This document shows positions 1-12,591 of a stretch of 64,000 nt of DNA, piece by piece. The DNA comes from Fistulifera solaris (lineage: Eukaryota): contig AP026143.1 of NCBI GenBank assembly GCA_030295235.1, positions 620,001 to 684,000 of the forward strand, given 5' to 3'. Made by a program: the position numbers and the translations under genes. The notes beneath the pieces are model-generated. The model was not told the DNA's origin, did no database searches, and saw only the letters and a list, made by a program, of their open reading frames with translations. Position 1 is the first letter of the stretch. Each line of letters opens with the position of its first letter.

Positions 1-1521
1 AAGCCGGAGCAAGTGGCTCACTGGGAGAAGGGAGAAAAGTCACATACGTACCAGGTACAAGCTACTCAGAGATCCGATCAATCTGGAAGAGCTGAACAAG
101 CTTGACCACGCAATAGCAATTTGGCGAGAAAACGAGACGCTCACGTATGTCGTACCCGATGATTTATATGCATATCCCGACTCTTAGGGAAAGCAACTAT
201 TGATGGTGTCTTTCAACAAGGGCCCTCGCTTCCAAATCATGGGCGAGTCAGAGGATGCCGTTGCACAAACGGCGGCATACTTTATAAATGTGGAAGGGCC
301 GACGGAAGAAAATCACGATCTTTTTATAAGAACTCGCCTCGGTGAATCCCAGTATCGCGACTTTGATTTTCGAGGAGCAGGCACTCAGTGTATAATACAT
401 GCATTGGGTGTATCTCCTTCACGTTGCATTCGCTTTCAGGAAATTTTTTTGAGTGCCGAGCAATCGATCGTCCTGGCGACAAGGGCTCACCCGATACGCT
501 TGAAGCTTGATTGGTGTCTGTTTGACGACAGAGGCACTGCTTTTGTGAATGCGCTCGCCAAGCGACAAACACCGTTTGGTTCGTTAAAATTTCAATACAA
601 GCCGCCAATAGATGAAGGGAATCTAGAACGTCTTTTGCGAGTGGACGTGATCAATGAGTTAAAGTTATCTTTGCTGGGCGATGAAGTCGGAATGTTTCCA
701 TTTTCTGCAAAAGTTGATCATCTCGACTATGATGTTTCCACGACATTGCTCATGAAAACGGATTTTCAATCTCAGAACATTGTGACCGATAAACTCACTG
801 TCACAATCTACAATTCGAATTATAGTGAAAGCGACAATTTTCCAACTGAATCTGTGCTTAATTTCTTTCGGCGCGTGGCTGACTTGGGTCATTCTGTTGA
901 GTTGAGCGTTGCAGTATGTCGTGTCAGTGGGGATGTCCCGAATTGTATCGTACATGAAATCATCCGCGCCGTCATTGCGAATCGCCGTCTACGAACTTTC
1001 GAGCTGTACGCCGGCGACGGTAATCTGGATTGGTCTCCTCATGCGAAGACAATTTTAGATGGTCTGAAAGACCACCAAGGCTTTTAACCTTCAAAACAGA
1101 TATCTTGGATGAAATCTAGGAATCTGATGGGTTTTCCTACATTCGGCAGTTGCTGTCACAGAACAGAAATATCACAGTAATGGATTTAAATGGAGAGATT
1201 TGTTCAGACGGGTCGTCGATTGATGCGCTATACTCCTTAAACCGGTTCTACCGAGGCTCGATGGATCTAGCGGTGAAGCCGTCATCGGAACGACCGTCAT
1301 TTGTAACAAGAGCTATAATGGAAACTGCATCGGGCGATTTTCAGCGCTCCGCTCTCTTGCTCTCAAATCACTCTGATGTTTTACATGAACTTGTTCAGTT
1401 CGCACAGTTAGGTGAACTTCAAGGAGATAACGCTTGTTCGGAATCGGTTCTAGACAGCAATTTGAAACGGAAAACAAGCGTTAAGTCACCAGCTGCGAAG
1501 AAAGCACGTCGAGCCTTTTAG
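1..1521 (+). CDS. Expanded RNI/LRR-like family, copy 1 (5'-truncated by window, frameshifted)
   Basis: ORFs 200-1087 and 1150-1521 plus upstream AIWRENETLTYV share motifs with the other copies (LSAEQSIVLATR.HP, G.AFV.AL..R...FGSL, LYSLNRFYRGS, FQRSALLLS.H). Basic C-tail KRK..KKARR. Frame breaks near 60-185 and 1085-1120. Confidence 0.75.
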
Positions 1522-2779
1522 CATGACGACGAACACCAGCCAACTCTATCGGGTGTCGAAACATTGTAGCATAATAATGCGTTGGCTGTTAGAGCTTGTT
1601 ATTTGGATAATCAATCATATTCTTCAATATAGCTCGCCAGTAACCCCGGTAATCCTATTCGTTCTAGTTTGACACAGTTTATGTAGATGCGGTTACTCCT
1701 GAGGATTGAAGGCTCGCTACAGATCTGAAGTTAGCGGAGTGCTTTCAAAAACTTCTTGTCAGAATCGAAATCTCATTTTGGAGGCTGGGGAACCAAAGAG
1801 CCAAATCCCTTCGGTGGACAGGCAGGTGCAATTGCGAGAGGAATTGAAAGTAGATCAAGATTCAAAGCCACACAGCTCGTAGACGCTAGTTTTTGGGAAC
1901 TTTCTGTGGCGGAAAATCAGTTCTTGCGGAACCCCTGTCTGAGACTGGGATAGAACGGCTGGGGTTTGAAGTGGATAAGTTTATTCTTCCCTTCGCTAAG
2001 GACACAGCTACCTGGTAAGGATACGTGGTACGTGAACGCAAGCAGAAACACAGAGAAAGGACAAGGAAACTAGGAGCTAACTGTAGAAATGTATACTTTG
2101 ATCAGTATAGCAGCCTTATACGCACAATGGCAACGCCGCAGCATAAGGTGACGAATTAAAAACTTTGCTGTGAAATTTTGAGTTTTACGAGCCATTGCAA
2201 TCTCGAAAGCGGTCTACATCATTCTTTTGAAGCTTCCACAAATCCAAGATTCGCGACCCAGCAAAGGGGACACCCAAGGCCAAAGAAATTGAGAAATGCT
2301 GCGTTGAGCAGCTAATTAGGGAACTTCATTGCGGTCTGAAGGCTGGCGAGAAAATCGTTCACTACTGTATTTCGAAAACGAATCATACCCGTAAAAGAAA
2401 CAAGCGTGAGAACAATTTAGCGGAAATGGATGACAACGCTCAAGCCTTATTGGCTCGAACAAAGGTCAGAACCTGAACTTGTCACTCGCTAGTCTTCATA
2501 AGAAGTAGAAGTATTTTCCAACATCTCTTCAGAAGAAGTCACCAATGAAGTTGTTGTTCATCATTCTCTCTGTCTTCCCGTGTGATAGACACGCACATTT
2601 ATCTTACCATGATGTCGCGCTTCTTGAAAATAGACGGCAGACGCTTGTCGTCTTATCCCCCTGCAAGTTTCATGCTATTGTATTCGACTCTCGACAACGA
2701 AGGATCGATAAAAATGCCTTGAATAAAGAGTGGGGCAAACAAATCAATCGGATTCACGAACCAGCCACATATCAAAGAC

Positions 2780-4186
2780 TCACTCAATTTCGATAACATC
2801 TGGCGTGTGTTGTACTACTTGCTGTTTGCACAATAACTTCGGTGTCAATAGACCCTTTTCGGAGCACAAGCCACCTTCGACTCGAACCACCACTATTTCA
2901 TCATCACCTTGTTCACAATCGTCGCCAGAGACCATAGTGGGGCTGTCAAGCGCATCAACGAAGAGTTTGGGGACACCACCTTGCTGAACGGACAAGGTAA
3001 ACATTGCTTCTTTCAAAGTAGAGGTTTCCGTTTTAAAGAATTCAAGGACCTGCTCAACAGTGGAATCGTTCTCCACTTTCGATGAAATCTGTTGTGCCAA
3101 CGTGCCGCGGAAATAAGCACGGGGCAACGCCTGACCATACCATTTGCGCGACTTCTTTTCGAGATCCAACAATTCCATGAGTGCTTCTTTGACTTGCATA
3201 TTTCTTTGGACGCGAGGCTCCAAGGACGCCTTCACACCAGCATTGGCCAGAAGCCAACTCCTAGCATACATATCCGACCGTGACGACCATTCCGACCACG
3301 TGGCCTTTTTGCGTTCCTCGTGTTGGTTTTGCGCGATAATCAATCGTAATCGCTTGGACTCTTGCTTTCGCGTTCGCTCCGAAAGCATCCTCGCTTCGTC
3401 CATTTTTCTCGCCTCTTCTGTTTCTTCGCGATTGCTTATAATATCAAGCATAACATTTTCACACGTGACTTCCGGCAAAGGACACGATCGTGCCAGTTTC
3501 CGGACCGACCACAATATTTCGGAGCGATCGGTGAATCCCATGGCCATCAGTTCTGCCGTGAGCATGTGTTCGCGTGGATTTTGTGGCGTGGAATCATGCT
3601 GCGATGCTACTGCCGCTTGCTGCTGAGGAGTGGCTGACACGGAGCCGTCATCGTCGTTCCTCGGTTCTGACTTGACTTTGACTTTCTTCGGTTTCGGGGG
3701 CGATCTGGAGCGCGAGGATGACTTATTCTTCTTCGAAGACGATGTGGGTGAACGGACCGCGGGGAAAGGATGTGCGGTCATAGTAACTGTATGGGCTTGC
3801 TTTTGGGTGGTTACGGGTGATGAGGCATTGCTTGGGAGGAATCTCACAGCGTCGATAGAAGGTCTCGGTGAGAATACGGCGGGGATCGGACGTTTGCTCG
3901 GAGTCGCTGGTTTCGGAGGCGATTTTTTTGCTGTGGGTGATTTCTTTTTTTGCAACAGAGGGATTCGGAGACGTTGTCGGAGGGCATGGGCGTGTGTTTG
4001 TAGATTTCAATCGATTCTGGATCTGCTGCGCATAGGCCTGCATCATATAGGCGTGGCGGTTGGGGGTGTCGGGTTCTGGGAAGGAGGCAGTGCAACTTGC
4101 GCTGACGCAGCAGCAATATCAGCAGCAGCAGTAGCGACAGTGGGATTAGGTTGCTGCTGTGTTTGCTGTACTACTCGATCTTGCAT
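2780..4186 (-). CDS. Hypothetical protein: Q/P/K-rich N-terminus, UBA-like segment, coiled coil (frameshifted)
   Basis: Pieces MQDRVVQQ (ATG 4186), MMQAYAQQ and ORF 2780-3955 join across two frame breaks. ELMAMGF is a UBA-type MGF motif. Confidence 0.6.
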
Positions 4187-5247
4187 TTGTTCTCGTTGAA
4201 TAAGATACGTTCTAATACCATCCTCTGCATCGCTCCGAATAGATTGACAGCTCGGAAAATCGTCATACAAAATGGTGCAAATCGTCGCAATGTACTGTTC
4301 CTTGCGTTTGTGAAACGATAACTTCAATTGACTTTTGTTTATTTTGCAGTCGTAAACAAACTCCATGCGGTAGAGAGTACTCAATATTTGTTTGAGCTGA
4401 GCGACTGAGAGAAGTGAGACGATGAGATGGAATTGATTACAGTAAAACTTAGAAAAAACATTCCGAATTGAATAAGATCATACACAGCTAAACTTACCTT
4501 GAGGTGTATTAAAGTTTATTATTCGCTTTCCCGTCTCTTCGCCCAGGACTTTATTGAGAAATTGGCGGAGCGTATCAGAAATCTTGGGGTGGTAAGAAAT
4601 GGATTCGCTCATGGTTGCTGCACTTGCTTCGATAACTGCTGGGCTTCCCATAGAGTGATGATGACGCAACTACGAATTATACTGTTTCTTGAATCAATAA
4701 CGAGGTGTCTGGGAAGCTGGTGTCATCAAGGAACGCATATAAGCGGTGATTTTAAAGCATTGCAATGATGAGGACGACGCGAGAGCCTTTCGTCTTTTTC
4801 CTTTTTACTGGAATCATACGACGTGCATCGCATCGTGCATCCGCATCCGCGCGCAAGGAAAAGGCGCGAAAAAGGGGGAAAAAGTCGCATACATTGAATC
4901 CTACACTAAAAACGTAGTATACCTCAGAGTGTACAAAGATCCTCGCAACGAGTACCGGTAAGCGTGTTTTACTATCCACTTTTCTACTGACACCTGCCGC
5001 CGACAGCCGAGCCCGCGCCCCCGCGCCGCCTCCCCCCATCGCGTGTCAGCGTCACATCTCATTACAAAGCATCTTGTATAAAAAAGACCCTGTTTCAATT
5101 AGAAAGCAGACAACTCCTTTGTTGAGTATAATTCTACTTGAGCTTCACCGAAGCAGCACAGCTGTAGAGTGTGAAATTCGTGCACGAAACGGTCAATTAC
5201 CTACTGTCAAATAGCCGATCGATAACAAACAAGAAAATTCGTCTGCC

Positions 5248-6501
5248 ATGAGAATCTCCAGCCTCCACGCCAAAGGCTGCATGACAATGTCGTTGTTGAT
5301 ATTCACGGAAACAGTGACTATGACAAATGCTGTATCATTCTGGAGTAAGTTACATCAACACGGACGTCATCAGGGCTATTATGAAGAAGAGACGCAGGGC
5401 CACAGCAAGATGGCGAGACGCCGGGGAGTCAGTATCTTCGCAGAAGCGCTCGAAATCGGCACTTGTCTGAGTCCTTTCGATCCTTCCTGCTGGAAGCGAC
5501 AGGCGGATTGTTGCAAGGATTGCTCTCATTGTCTTGATACGCGCGCGAAAGAGAGGGTGTGCTCCTTCCCTCGCGGAGGACACATGCACGATCATTCGCA
5601 TGCGCATGATGCTGCATCCGCTCTCATCGCAACTACACCGTTGGGACTTCCCCTCAATTCATGGAAAGTCATCTTTCAAGCTCTACTAACGACAATGAAC
5701 GTATTATGCTGGTTGATTCCGTTGAAAAGCAAAAAGATCTCGCAGAATAAGTTTGCCTTATCCATGGCCAACGCTTTTTCGGGCGGTGTCTTTTTGTCGC
5801 TGGCGTTTGGACATTTGATTCCTGAATGCGTTCACGGATTTGCAAATCTTCCGGAAGAGACACCGTATTTGCTCGTATTAGCCGGGTATCTGTTGATATT
5901 CTTTGTCGAAAAAGTAGCCTTCGACGCACACGAAATCTTGCACGAAATGCAAGGGGAAGGCCACCATCATCATCACCACTCGCACAATCATCAAGTAGTC
6001 AACACAAAGGATAGTAAGCAAGAAGTGACTCCGGCAGGCAGTGGCAGGGGCGCTGTGATTTTGCTAGGTGCACTCGCTGTGCACAGTGTATTGGAGATGA
6101 TGGCCTTGGGTTTGGCCAACAATTTTGGTGACTGCGCGTTGTTAACATTGAGTATTTCACTGCATCAACCAGCCGAATCGATTGCTTTGTTGGTTGCCTT
6201 TTTAAAATCGGGTATGCCCGAGGATCAGGTGCTGAAATACTTGTCCATTTTTAGTTGCATGGGTCCGATCGGAGTGGCGTTGGGTATGGCGGTGAGCGAA
6301 TATGCCGCACCGATTGTGGATTCGATCATGCTGGCCGTTGTGGCGGGTACTTTTGTCTATGTCGGAGCGACCGAAGTCATACCGGAAGAATGGGAAGACG
6401 GACAACACAAATGGGCTAAATTCGCTGCGCTCATGGGAGGAATCGGTAGTATTCTGGTCATTACACAGTATACCGCTTCCTTAGGAGGGCACTCACATTA
6501 A
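5248..6501 (+). CDS. ZIP-family (Zrt/Irt-like) zinc/metal transporter
   Basis: NAFSGGVFLSLAFGHLIPE, His-rich loop HHHHHHSHNH, HSVLE and HQPAES metal-site helices, GTFVYV..TEVIPEE. Confidence 0.93.
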   Translation: MRISSLHAKGCMTMSLLIFTETVTMTNAVSFWSKLHQHGRHQGYYEEETQGHSKMARRRGVSIFAEALEIGTCLSPFDPSCWKRQADCCKDCSHCLDTRAKERVCSFPRGGHMHDHSHAHDAASALIATTPLGLPLNSWKVIFQALLTTMNVLCWLIPLKSKKISQNKFALSMANAFSGGVFLSLAFGHLIPECVHGFANLPEETPYLLVLAGYLLIFFVEKVAFDAHEILHEMQGEGHHHHHHSHNHQVVNTKDSKQEVTPAGSGRGAVILLGALAVHSVLEMMALGLANNFGDCALLTLSISLHQPAESIALLVAFLKSGMPEDQVLKYLSIFSCMGPIGVALGMAVSEYAAPIVDSIMLAVVAGTFVYVGATEVIPEEWEDGQHKWAKFAALMGGIGSILVITQYTASLGGHSH

Positions 6502-7090
6502 CTATGGAATAAATAAGCAATACTATCGAGATAACAATGTAAAGCTGAATTATTGTCAGAATAGTGGCTACAAGTACCCTCAGATGTGTTGTTCCTCGCA
6601 TCAACAATGAGCAGCGCGGGTTCCAAATTGAACCTTAAATGCTTGGATCGCACAATAAGGACGCGTTGTGTCTTTAGAAAGCTAATCTGACATTCTACGG
6701 AGTATGTTTCATAAGATTATACCCTTTACTGAGGACACACGCAACATTCTATTTAAAGGCGGTAATTTCATAGCTATTTCTTTTTTCGGCCCTAGTTTTA
6801 GTACTGGTAAGACGCGACTACTGGTGAAACGGTACTAAATGCTACTTTTGACTGGATAGTCAAGTATTCAAGGACGGTTTAATCGCAACGCGCACCGCAG
6901 CGACGACAACGCAAAAACAGATGAAAAAAATGAATGAAGGTAAATAATAGAAGAGAGGTCATTATCAAAGAAAATCAAGCATCTTGAAGAATAAGCATGC
7001 GGGAACAGCCGCACAACCCCTCACAGCGCCCCGCACTTTTCGGGCTTGGGTGTACAACAAGCATAATCTTTTTGCTTCGAAATAACAGCC

Positions 7091-8248
7091 ATGCATCACG
7101 GACTTTACATCAAGAACTTTCTTCGCTCTTTGCGAGCTACTTTCGCCGAGTTGCCGTCTTACGAAGGAAAAGATACGCACGTTCAAGATACGCCTTGGTG
7201 CGCGGCCTGTCATAGTCGCCCCGTCAAGGGTCTACTCTGTTGCGCGCGTTGTCGTACGGCTTGGTACTGCAACCGCAGTTGTCAGAAGGCTCACTACAAG
7301 GAGCATCAAGATATCTGCCTATGTTTGTCGAAAGATCAAGAGCATGTCGAGAAATTAGCTATACCCCTTCGCAGCCTGCGTCGCGATGATGATGACAGCG
7401 ACGATGAACCGGAGAATGTCTTCGAAATGCAAGTTGGGGCCTTTGGTCAGCAGGAAGTGACACTACCGTACATGAACTCGCTCCGGAGTTTGGTGACATC
7501 CTTTGTCGTTGCCGCCCATGAAGCGGATATCAAGCAAGTTTGGGAAACGACTCTGGCCCACGCTTTGGAGCTGCAGCGTTTGGACGCTATCGGTCCCCAG
7601 GATATACGATGCATGACTCCGTTCATGCTTCTGAATTTAAATCGCGATGATGATGCTTTTGATTTCATGCGCCACTGGATGAAGATCGACGATCATAACT
7701 TCGACGTCCAAACTACGTTGATGATCCGTTATGCAGCCGTTCAGAAAGGCCAGTGGATTTATCCGCGCAAAACGAACTCCCGTTTCTTGGACATTTTTCA
7801 GGAATGCCCCGATGCAAACGATCAGAATGTACCACTGGGTTTCCTGCTTGCCCTTCTTGCTATCAAATGCCGGCTTCTTGCGACGTATGATGTGACGTGT
7901 AAGTCTATTGACTTAGCTTTCGCGACAACCGGCGGGAAGCTCATCCAAGAGGTCCAGAGTGAAGTGACGAAGATGCTGTTTAACGAGACTTTGATGAATA
8001 TCGAGAGTCAGCGAGAGCAGGTCGAACGACTTGTGATTATGATCCATCGAAACAACCCCATCATGCTTCCCGCCCTCCTCAATCCAGAACCGTTGGTAGC
8101 GAAGCAGTACACGTGGCAAGGGAATAGCGACGGCGCTTCTGAGGTGTTTTTCCTCATCTTTCATTGTGCCCGCTGCTTGATTCGTGTTCCAGGAGTCAGA
8201 GCGATGCTTGAAAAACGTTTCGGAAAATGCCCTTCCTATGAATTGTGA
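7091..8248 (+). CDS. MYND zinc-finger protein, paralogue 1
   Basis: CAAC..CARCRTAWYCNRSCQKAHYKEHQDIC MYND finger; helical C-domain LLNLNRDDDAFDFMRHW. Confidence 0.88.
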   Translation: MHHGLYIKNFLRSLRATFAELPSYEGKDTHVQDTPWCAACHSRPVKGLLCCARCRTAWYCNRSCQKAHYKEHQDICLCLSKDQEHVEKLAIPLRSLRRDDDDSDDEPENVFEMQVGAFGQQEVTLPYMNSLRSLVTSFVVAAHEADIKQVWETTLAHALELQRLDAIGPQDIRCMTPFMLLNLNRDDDAFDFMRHWMKIDDHNFDVQTTLMIRYAAVQKGQWIYPRKTNSRFLDIFQECPDANDQNVPLGFLLALLAIKCRLLATYDVTCKSIDLAFATTGGKLIQEVQSEVTKMLFNETLMNIESQREQVERLVIMIHRNNPIMLPALLNPEPLVAKQYTWQGNSDGASEVFFLIFHCARCLIRVPGVRAMLEKRFGKCPSYEL

Positions 8249-9056
8249 TTCGGGCTTAGAGATCTTCACTTTACGTAAAAAAAGATTAGACAAAATCTAC
8301 GAAAGTATCCTCACCTTTCCTGTTGTTGTTGCATTTTGCGTCTTGAATGAGCCAATTTATTGACACTTTTAGGTAGCGCTGCGATCGGTAGACTAGCTAC
8401 CTCGTTCCTATTGGAGATTGGTAAAGCTTTAACTGTAAAACAAGTACCAGTCAATTTTATCGGTTCATCAAGGGGCAGAAGATTGTTGATCGTTATCAGT
8501 TCTCAGTGTCAAATTGCTACAAGTACCGAACTTTCGTTTACTCTGGAAGTATGGTAGAGACTTTAGCCAACACTTGAACTACTTTTAATTCGCGATGGCG
8601 AAAGCCTTTTGCGCTTGCGGATCGTTGCCTTCTACAACTAGTATACATCCAAAGTGAATGCGCACTTATCCACGACTGTATTTCAGTCATGAATCAAACT
8701 ATTCTTTCGGGTCGAACTGTTACCTAAATTCTCTCACCATTTACGTACTTAACATTATTCGCCTTGAAGCTATTGAATAAACAAGTAATGCGATGTGCGC
8801 CCCAATACTTTGCCTACTAGTCTACGTTGCCATGCGACAGAAGTTTTCACGTCAATCCTCACGGACGCCGGCCAGAGGCAACGTACCAAGCATCGCGCAT
8901 TTCGATCGCGATTAATCATCGCGATAACAGAAAAAAACGGCGAAACAGAGGCAACACGCAAAAGCATTGTTCGAGATCTGTGATTATACTATGCAATAAC
9001 GGGAACAACAAACCATCAAACCTTGATAGAATCATCTGAGAGGATACAGAAACACA

Positions 9057-10185
9057 ATGAAAGACGCTTCCATGTGCAACTTCATTCGCGCTATGCGGAA
9101 TTGTTCGATTTCAAACGGCGGGCCGTCTTACGAAGGAAAGGATCCGCGGCTTCAAACAGTGCCTTGGTGCGCTGCGTGTCATAGTCGACCCACCCAGGGC
9201 TTGCTATGCTGTGCACGTTGTCGCACAGCCTGGTACTGCAACGGCACTTGTCAGAAAGCTCACTATAAATCGCACAAAGAGATTTGCTTGCCGGTTGCGC
9301 GAAATCTGGATATTCTCGATGACAAAGCCGGGCTCCTTCATGACGAAGAGGAAGCTTATTTTGAAACGCAAATTGGAGCCTTTGGTCGGCATCATCCAAC
9401 GCTGCTATACATGGGAGCTTTAAAGGATGTAGTGAAGTCGTTGGTTCGGGCCGCTCAAGCGAGCGAAATTCAATGCGTTTTGGGAAAGAGCTTTCGATTA
9501 CACCTTGGAACTGCAGCGATTGGATGTTCTCGCACCGTTGGACTCGCAAGCTTTGACGGCTTTCATCCTTTTGAATCTACATAGAGATGACGATGCTTTT
9601 GATTTCATTCGGTCCTGGATGCAAACCGATCTGACCGGCCATGAAACGGCAAGCGAAGCTAGCAAGGCGACACGATGGTATCAAAAAGGCGAGTGGTTCT
9701 TTCCGCGCGAGAAAAATTCTCGCTACTTGAACATGTTCGAAGTATGCCCGAATGTGGACTATCGATCTGTTCCTGTTGCATTTTTGGTGGTACTCCTCGT
9801 AATCAAATGTCGCCTTGTTGCGGCTTATGATGCGACGTGCAGGTCGATCGATGTAGCGATGGCGACGACAGGCGGGCAACGCATTCAGGAAGTCAAGGAA
9901 CTAGTGACGGACATGTTGATTGATAAAAAGCTGATGAACATAGAGAGTCAACGAAGGCAAGTTGTATGGCTTGTAAATGCGATTCATGGAAACAACGCTA
10001 TCATGCTCCCTGCTATTCTCAACCCGGAACCGCTGCTAGAAAAGTACTCGCGAGAAGGTGCTCAAGGTCAAGCTGCTGAAGCGTTTTTCACACTCTTTTA
10101 TGGAGTTCCGTGCTTGATTCGTATTCCTGGAGTTCAAGCCATGCTCGAGCAACGCTTCGGGAAGAAACCGTTCTACACTTTGTGA
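9057..10185 (+). CDS. MYND zinc-finger protein, paralogue 2 (frameshift near 9480-9505)
   Basis: ORFs 9057-9584 and 9505-10185 are collinear with paralogue 1 along its whole length. Confidence 0.85.
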
Positions 10186-10727
10186 TAATGACACACCGTC
10201 CCTGAATAAGATTTAACTTGAGTCACCAGTGCTTTGGGCGCTGATTTTGTTGGCGATGTTGTTGTTCAACTACTTCCTTCGCTGGCCGGCCGTTGGCTAC
10301 AACAAGGCATAATGAATCTATCTTATAATGAATGAAAAGAAAAAATACGACTCAATATTGTTTCTATGAGGCTCTTAGCACTAATCATTTGTCCGTTTGA
10401 ATCATTATTTTAACAGATTGAAGAAAAACCTTATTGCTGGCATTCCTTGCCTGCGGTTTAACTTTACTTCGTACAAGCGAAAAATCTAGGATTCGCATGA
10501 CTCAAAGATTGCAGTCCCGCGACGCTCGCATCGCGGATATCGCGCATCTCGCGCGCGCGAAAAGGGCTATGTCTGTACATCGACCGTCACGCGAAGAGAT
10601 CCAAAAAAATTCAGCGCATAAATAAAATAACGCAAAACGCTTTCATCGCATCACGCATCAATATAAACCTTTTCATAGTTTTCTCTTACAATTGACTTTC
10701 GATTGTTTCATAGCTTTGTCGTTCACT

Positions 10728-12540
10728 ATGGCTTCTTCAAATGCGGGAATACTAGAGAAACAGCTGCAGCAGGCCCGGCAAGCGGGCACGGCGGCCCCTG
10801 CCGTCGATCGTAAAACGGGGCAGATGATCAATCCACACAACCCCGAATTTTTAACCAAAAAGCCGTGGTATTTGTCAGCTGAGGCCCAAGAGTCTTCTGC
10901 GCCGACATTAGAGCATCAGCAGCAATTAGTAGAAAAGTCGGAACTGACGCTCACTCAGGCGGAGGAGTTGTTAGAACAACAACGACAAAAGAACGCTCGT
11001 CGAGAGATTTTCGCAAAGGAGATTGGGTGGAAGCCTTGAAAAGAATAAGCTGCCTTATCGCATTTGTAAAATCGTTCACGTCAACAAGAAGCGGGGTGAA
11101 TACGATTTGGAGTACGAGGACGGTAGCATTGAGAAAAGCGTCAAACTAAAGAAAGGGGCGGAACGCCCTCGCATTCGACACACGAAAGCTGGCAATCGTT
11201 CCCTCGATACTAGTGCCATGGAAACGTTCGATTCGAAGCGAGATCAATATCACGGTTACGATGCCCAGCGTCATAATGAGGTTGTGACAGCGAAGTTCGA
11301 GAAACGCGAAGAGCTACGAAGACAATTAAGGGAACAGGCTCAAGATGAAAAGAAGGAAACGAAAAAGACAGATTCCGATTTCGATGACTCGGACATAGAA
11401 AGCGATAATGAAGATGACGACGACGATGATGAATTCGCTCAGCGTGATGAAGACGCTAAAGTATTGACGACGAGATTGGCCCGTCAGGGAGGTGTTGGTG
11501 GTGCTCAAATGAAAGTCACTGCGCGAAACCTTCGTATCCGCGAGGATACAGCTAAATATCTGCGCAACCTAGATTTGAACTCTGCATACTATGATCCAAA
11601 AAGTCGATCGATGCGTGATAATCCAAATCCCGAAATCCCAGCTCAAGTCAGTGAATATGCGGGTGATAATTTTGCCAGAGTATCAGGCGATGCCGTAGGC
11701 TTGGCGGAAACGCAATTGTTTGCCTGGGATGCAGCCGAAAAGGGGGTATCGGAGCTTCATCCACAAGCCAATCCTTCGCAAGCAGAGCTTTTGAAGAATC
11801 AGTTTAAATCAAAGGCGGCGAATCTGAAACTAGAACAGAAGAAAGCTGTGTTGGATAAATACGGTGGCTCGGAATACTTGGATGGAACAGACGGTTTGGG
11901 AGCCGTGCAAGAGGATAAGAAACCTGCAGCCGAAGACCGGAAGCTTCGCTTTGGTGTCACTACAAAACCTGTTGAGTATGGACCAGATGGGCGACCTGTG
12001 GGGGAAAAGAAAGTAAAGAGGGTCGCGATTCCCTGCAAGTACGAAGAGGACATTTTTATTAACGGACACACCACGGTGTGGGGCAGTTACTTTCACAAAG
12101 GAGCGTTCCAATGGGGATATAAGGACGATCACTCCCTCATGAAGAACTCGTATTGCACTGGAGAAAATGGCCGCATTGCGAACGATGAAGCGAACGAACA
12201 ACGGTACGGAACCGGCATTGCTGGCACAGCTGAACTGGCGCAAGCTCGAGGTATGCTGAAATCGATGCCCCGCACTGATCGTACCTCGAGCACTCAACAA
12301 AAGTCTAAATTATACGGGGAAGCAGACCTGCATGCTACTTTGGACCAAAAGAAATTGAAAGAGGCGCTTCTGCGTTCTCAAACAGACGAGATCAAGGATG
12401 ACAGAAAGCGCAAATACAATTCCATGAACGCAGAGGTTGAAATTTCGGAAGAAGACATGGAAGCCTATAGGCTGAGAAAAGAGCAGAAGAACGACCCGAT
12501 GGCGAATATAGGTACTGATGAGCTTCTTGATTATAGATGA
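10728..12540 (+). CDS. SLU7: Pre-mRNA splicing factor SLU7 (frameshifts near 11005-11040)
   Basis: INPHNPEFLTKKPWY, FDSKRDQYHGYD, RNLRIREDTAKYLRNLDLNSAYYDPKSRSMRDNP, KYEEDIFINGHTTVWGSY, EEDMEAYR. Confidence 0.95.
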
Positions 12541-12591
12541 ACGACAGCCCCTAAATTAACATTATAAAGTGTCTGAGTTATTACTGCATCT

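Noticed and set aside
1600..2780. Possible gene remnant in the intergenic region
   Set aside because: Only short ORFs without recognisable motifs.
3144..4199. Long antisense ORFs here and opposite other genes
   Set aside because: Shadows of real coding sequence on the other strand.
4987..5049. CTGACAC/GTGTCAG inverted pair around a GC tract upstream of ZIP, as a zinc-response element
   Set aside because: 7-bp match can arise by chance and fits no motif I can name.
10515..10563. CGCG-rich patch upstream of SLU7
   Set aside because: Plausible core promoter but no specific element can be supported.
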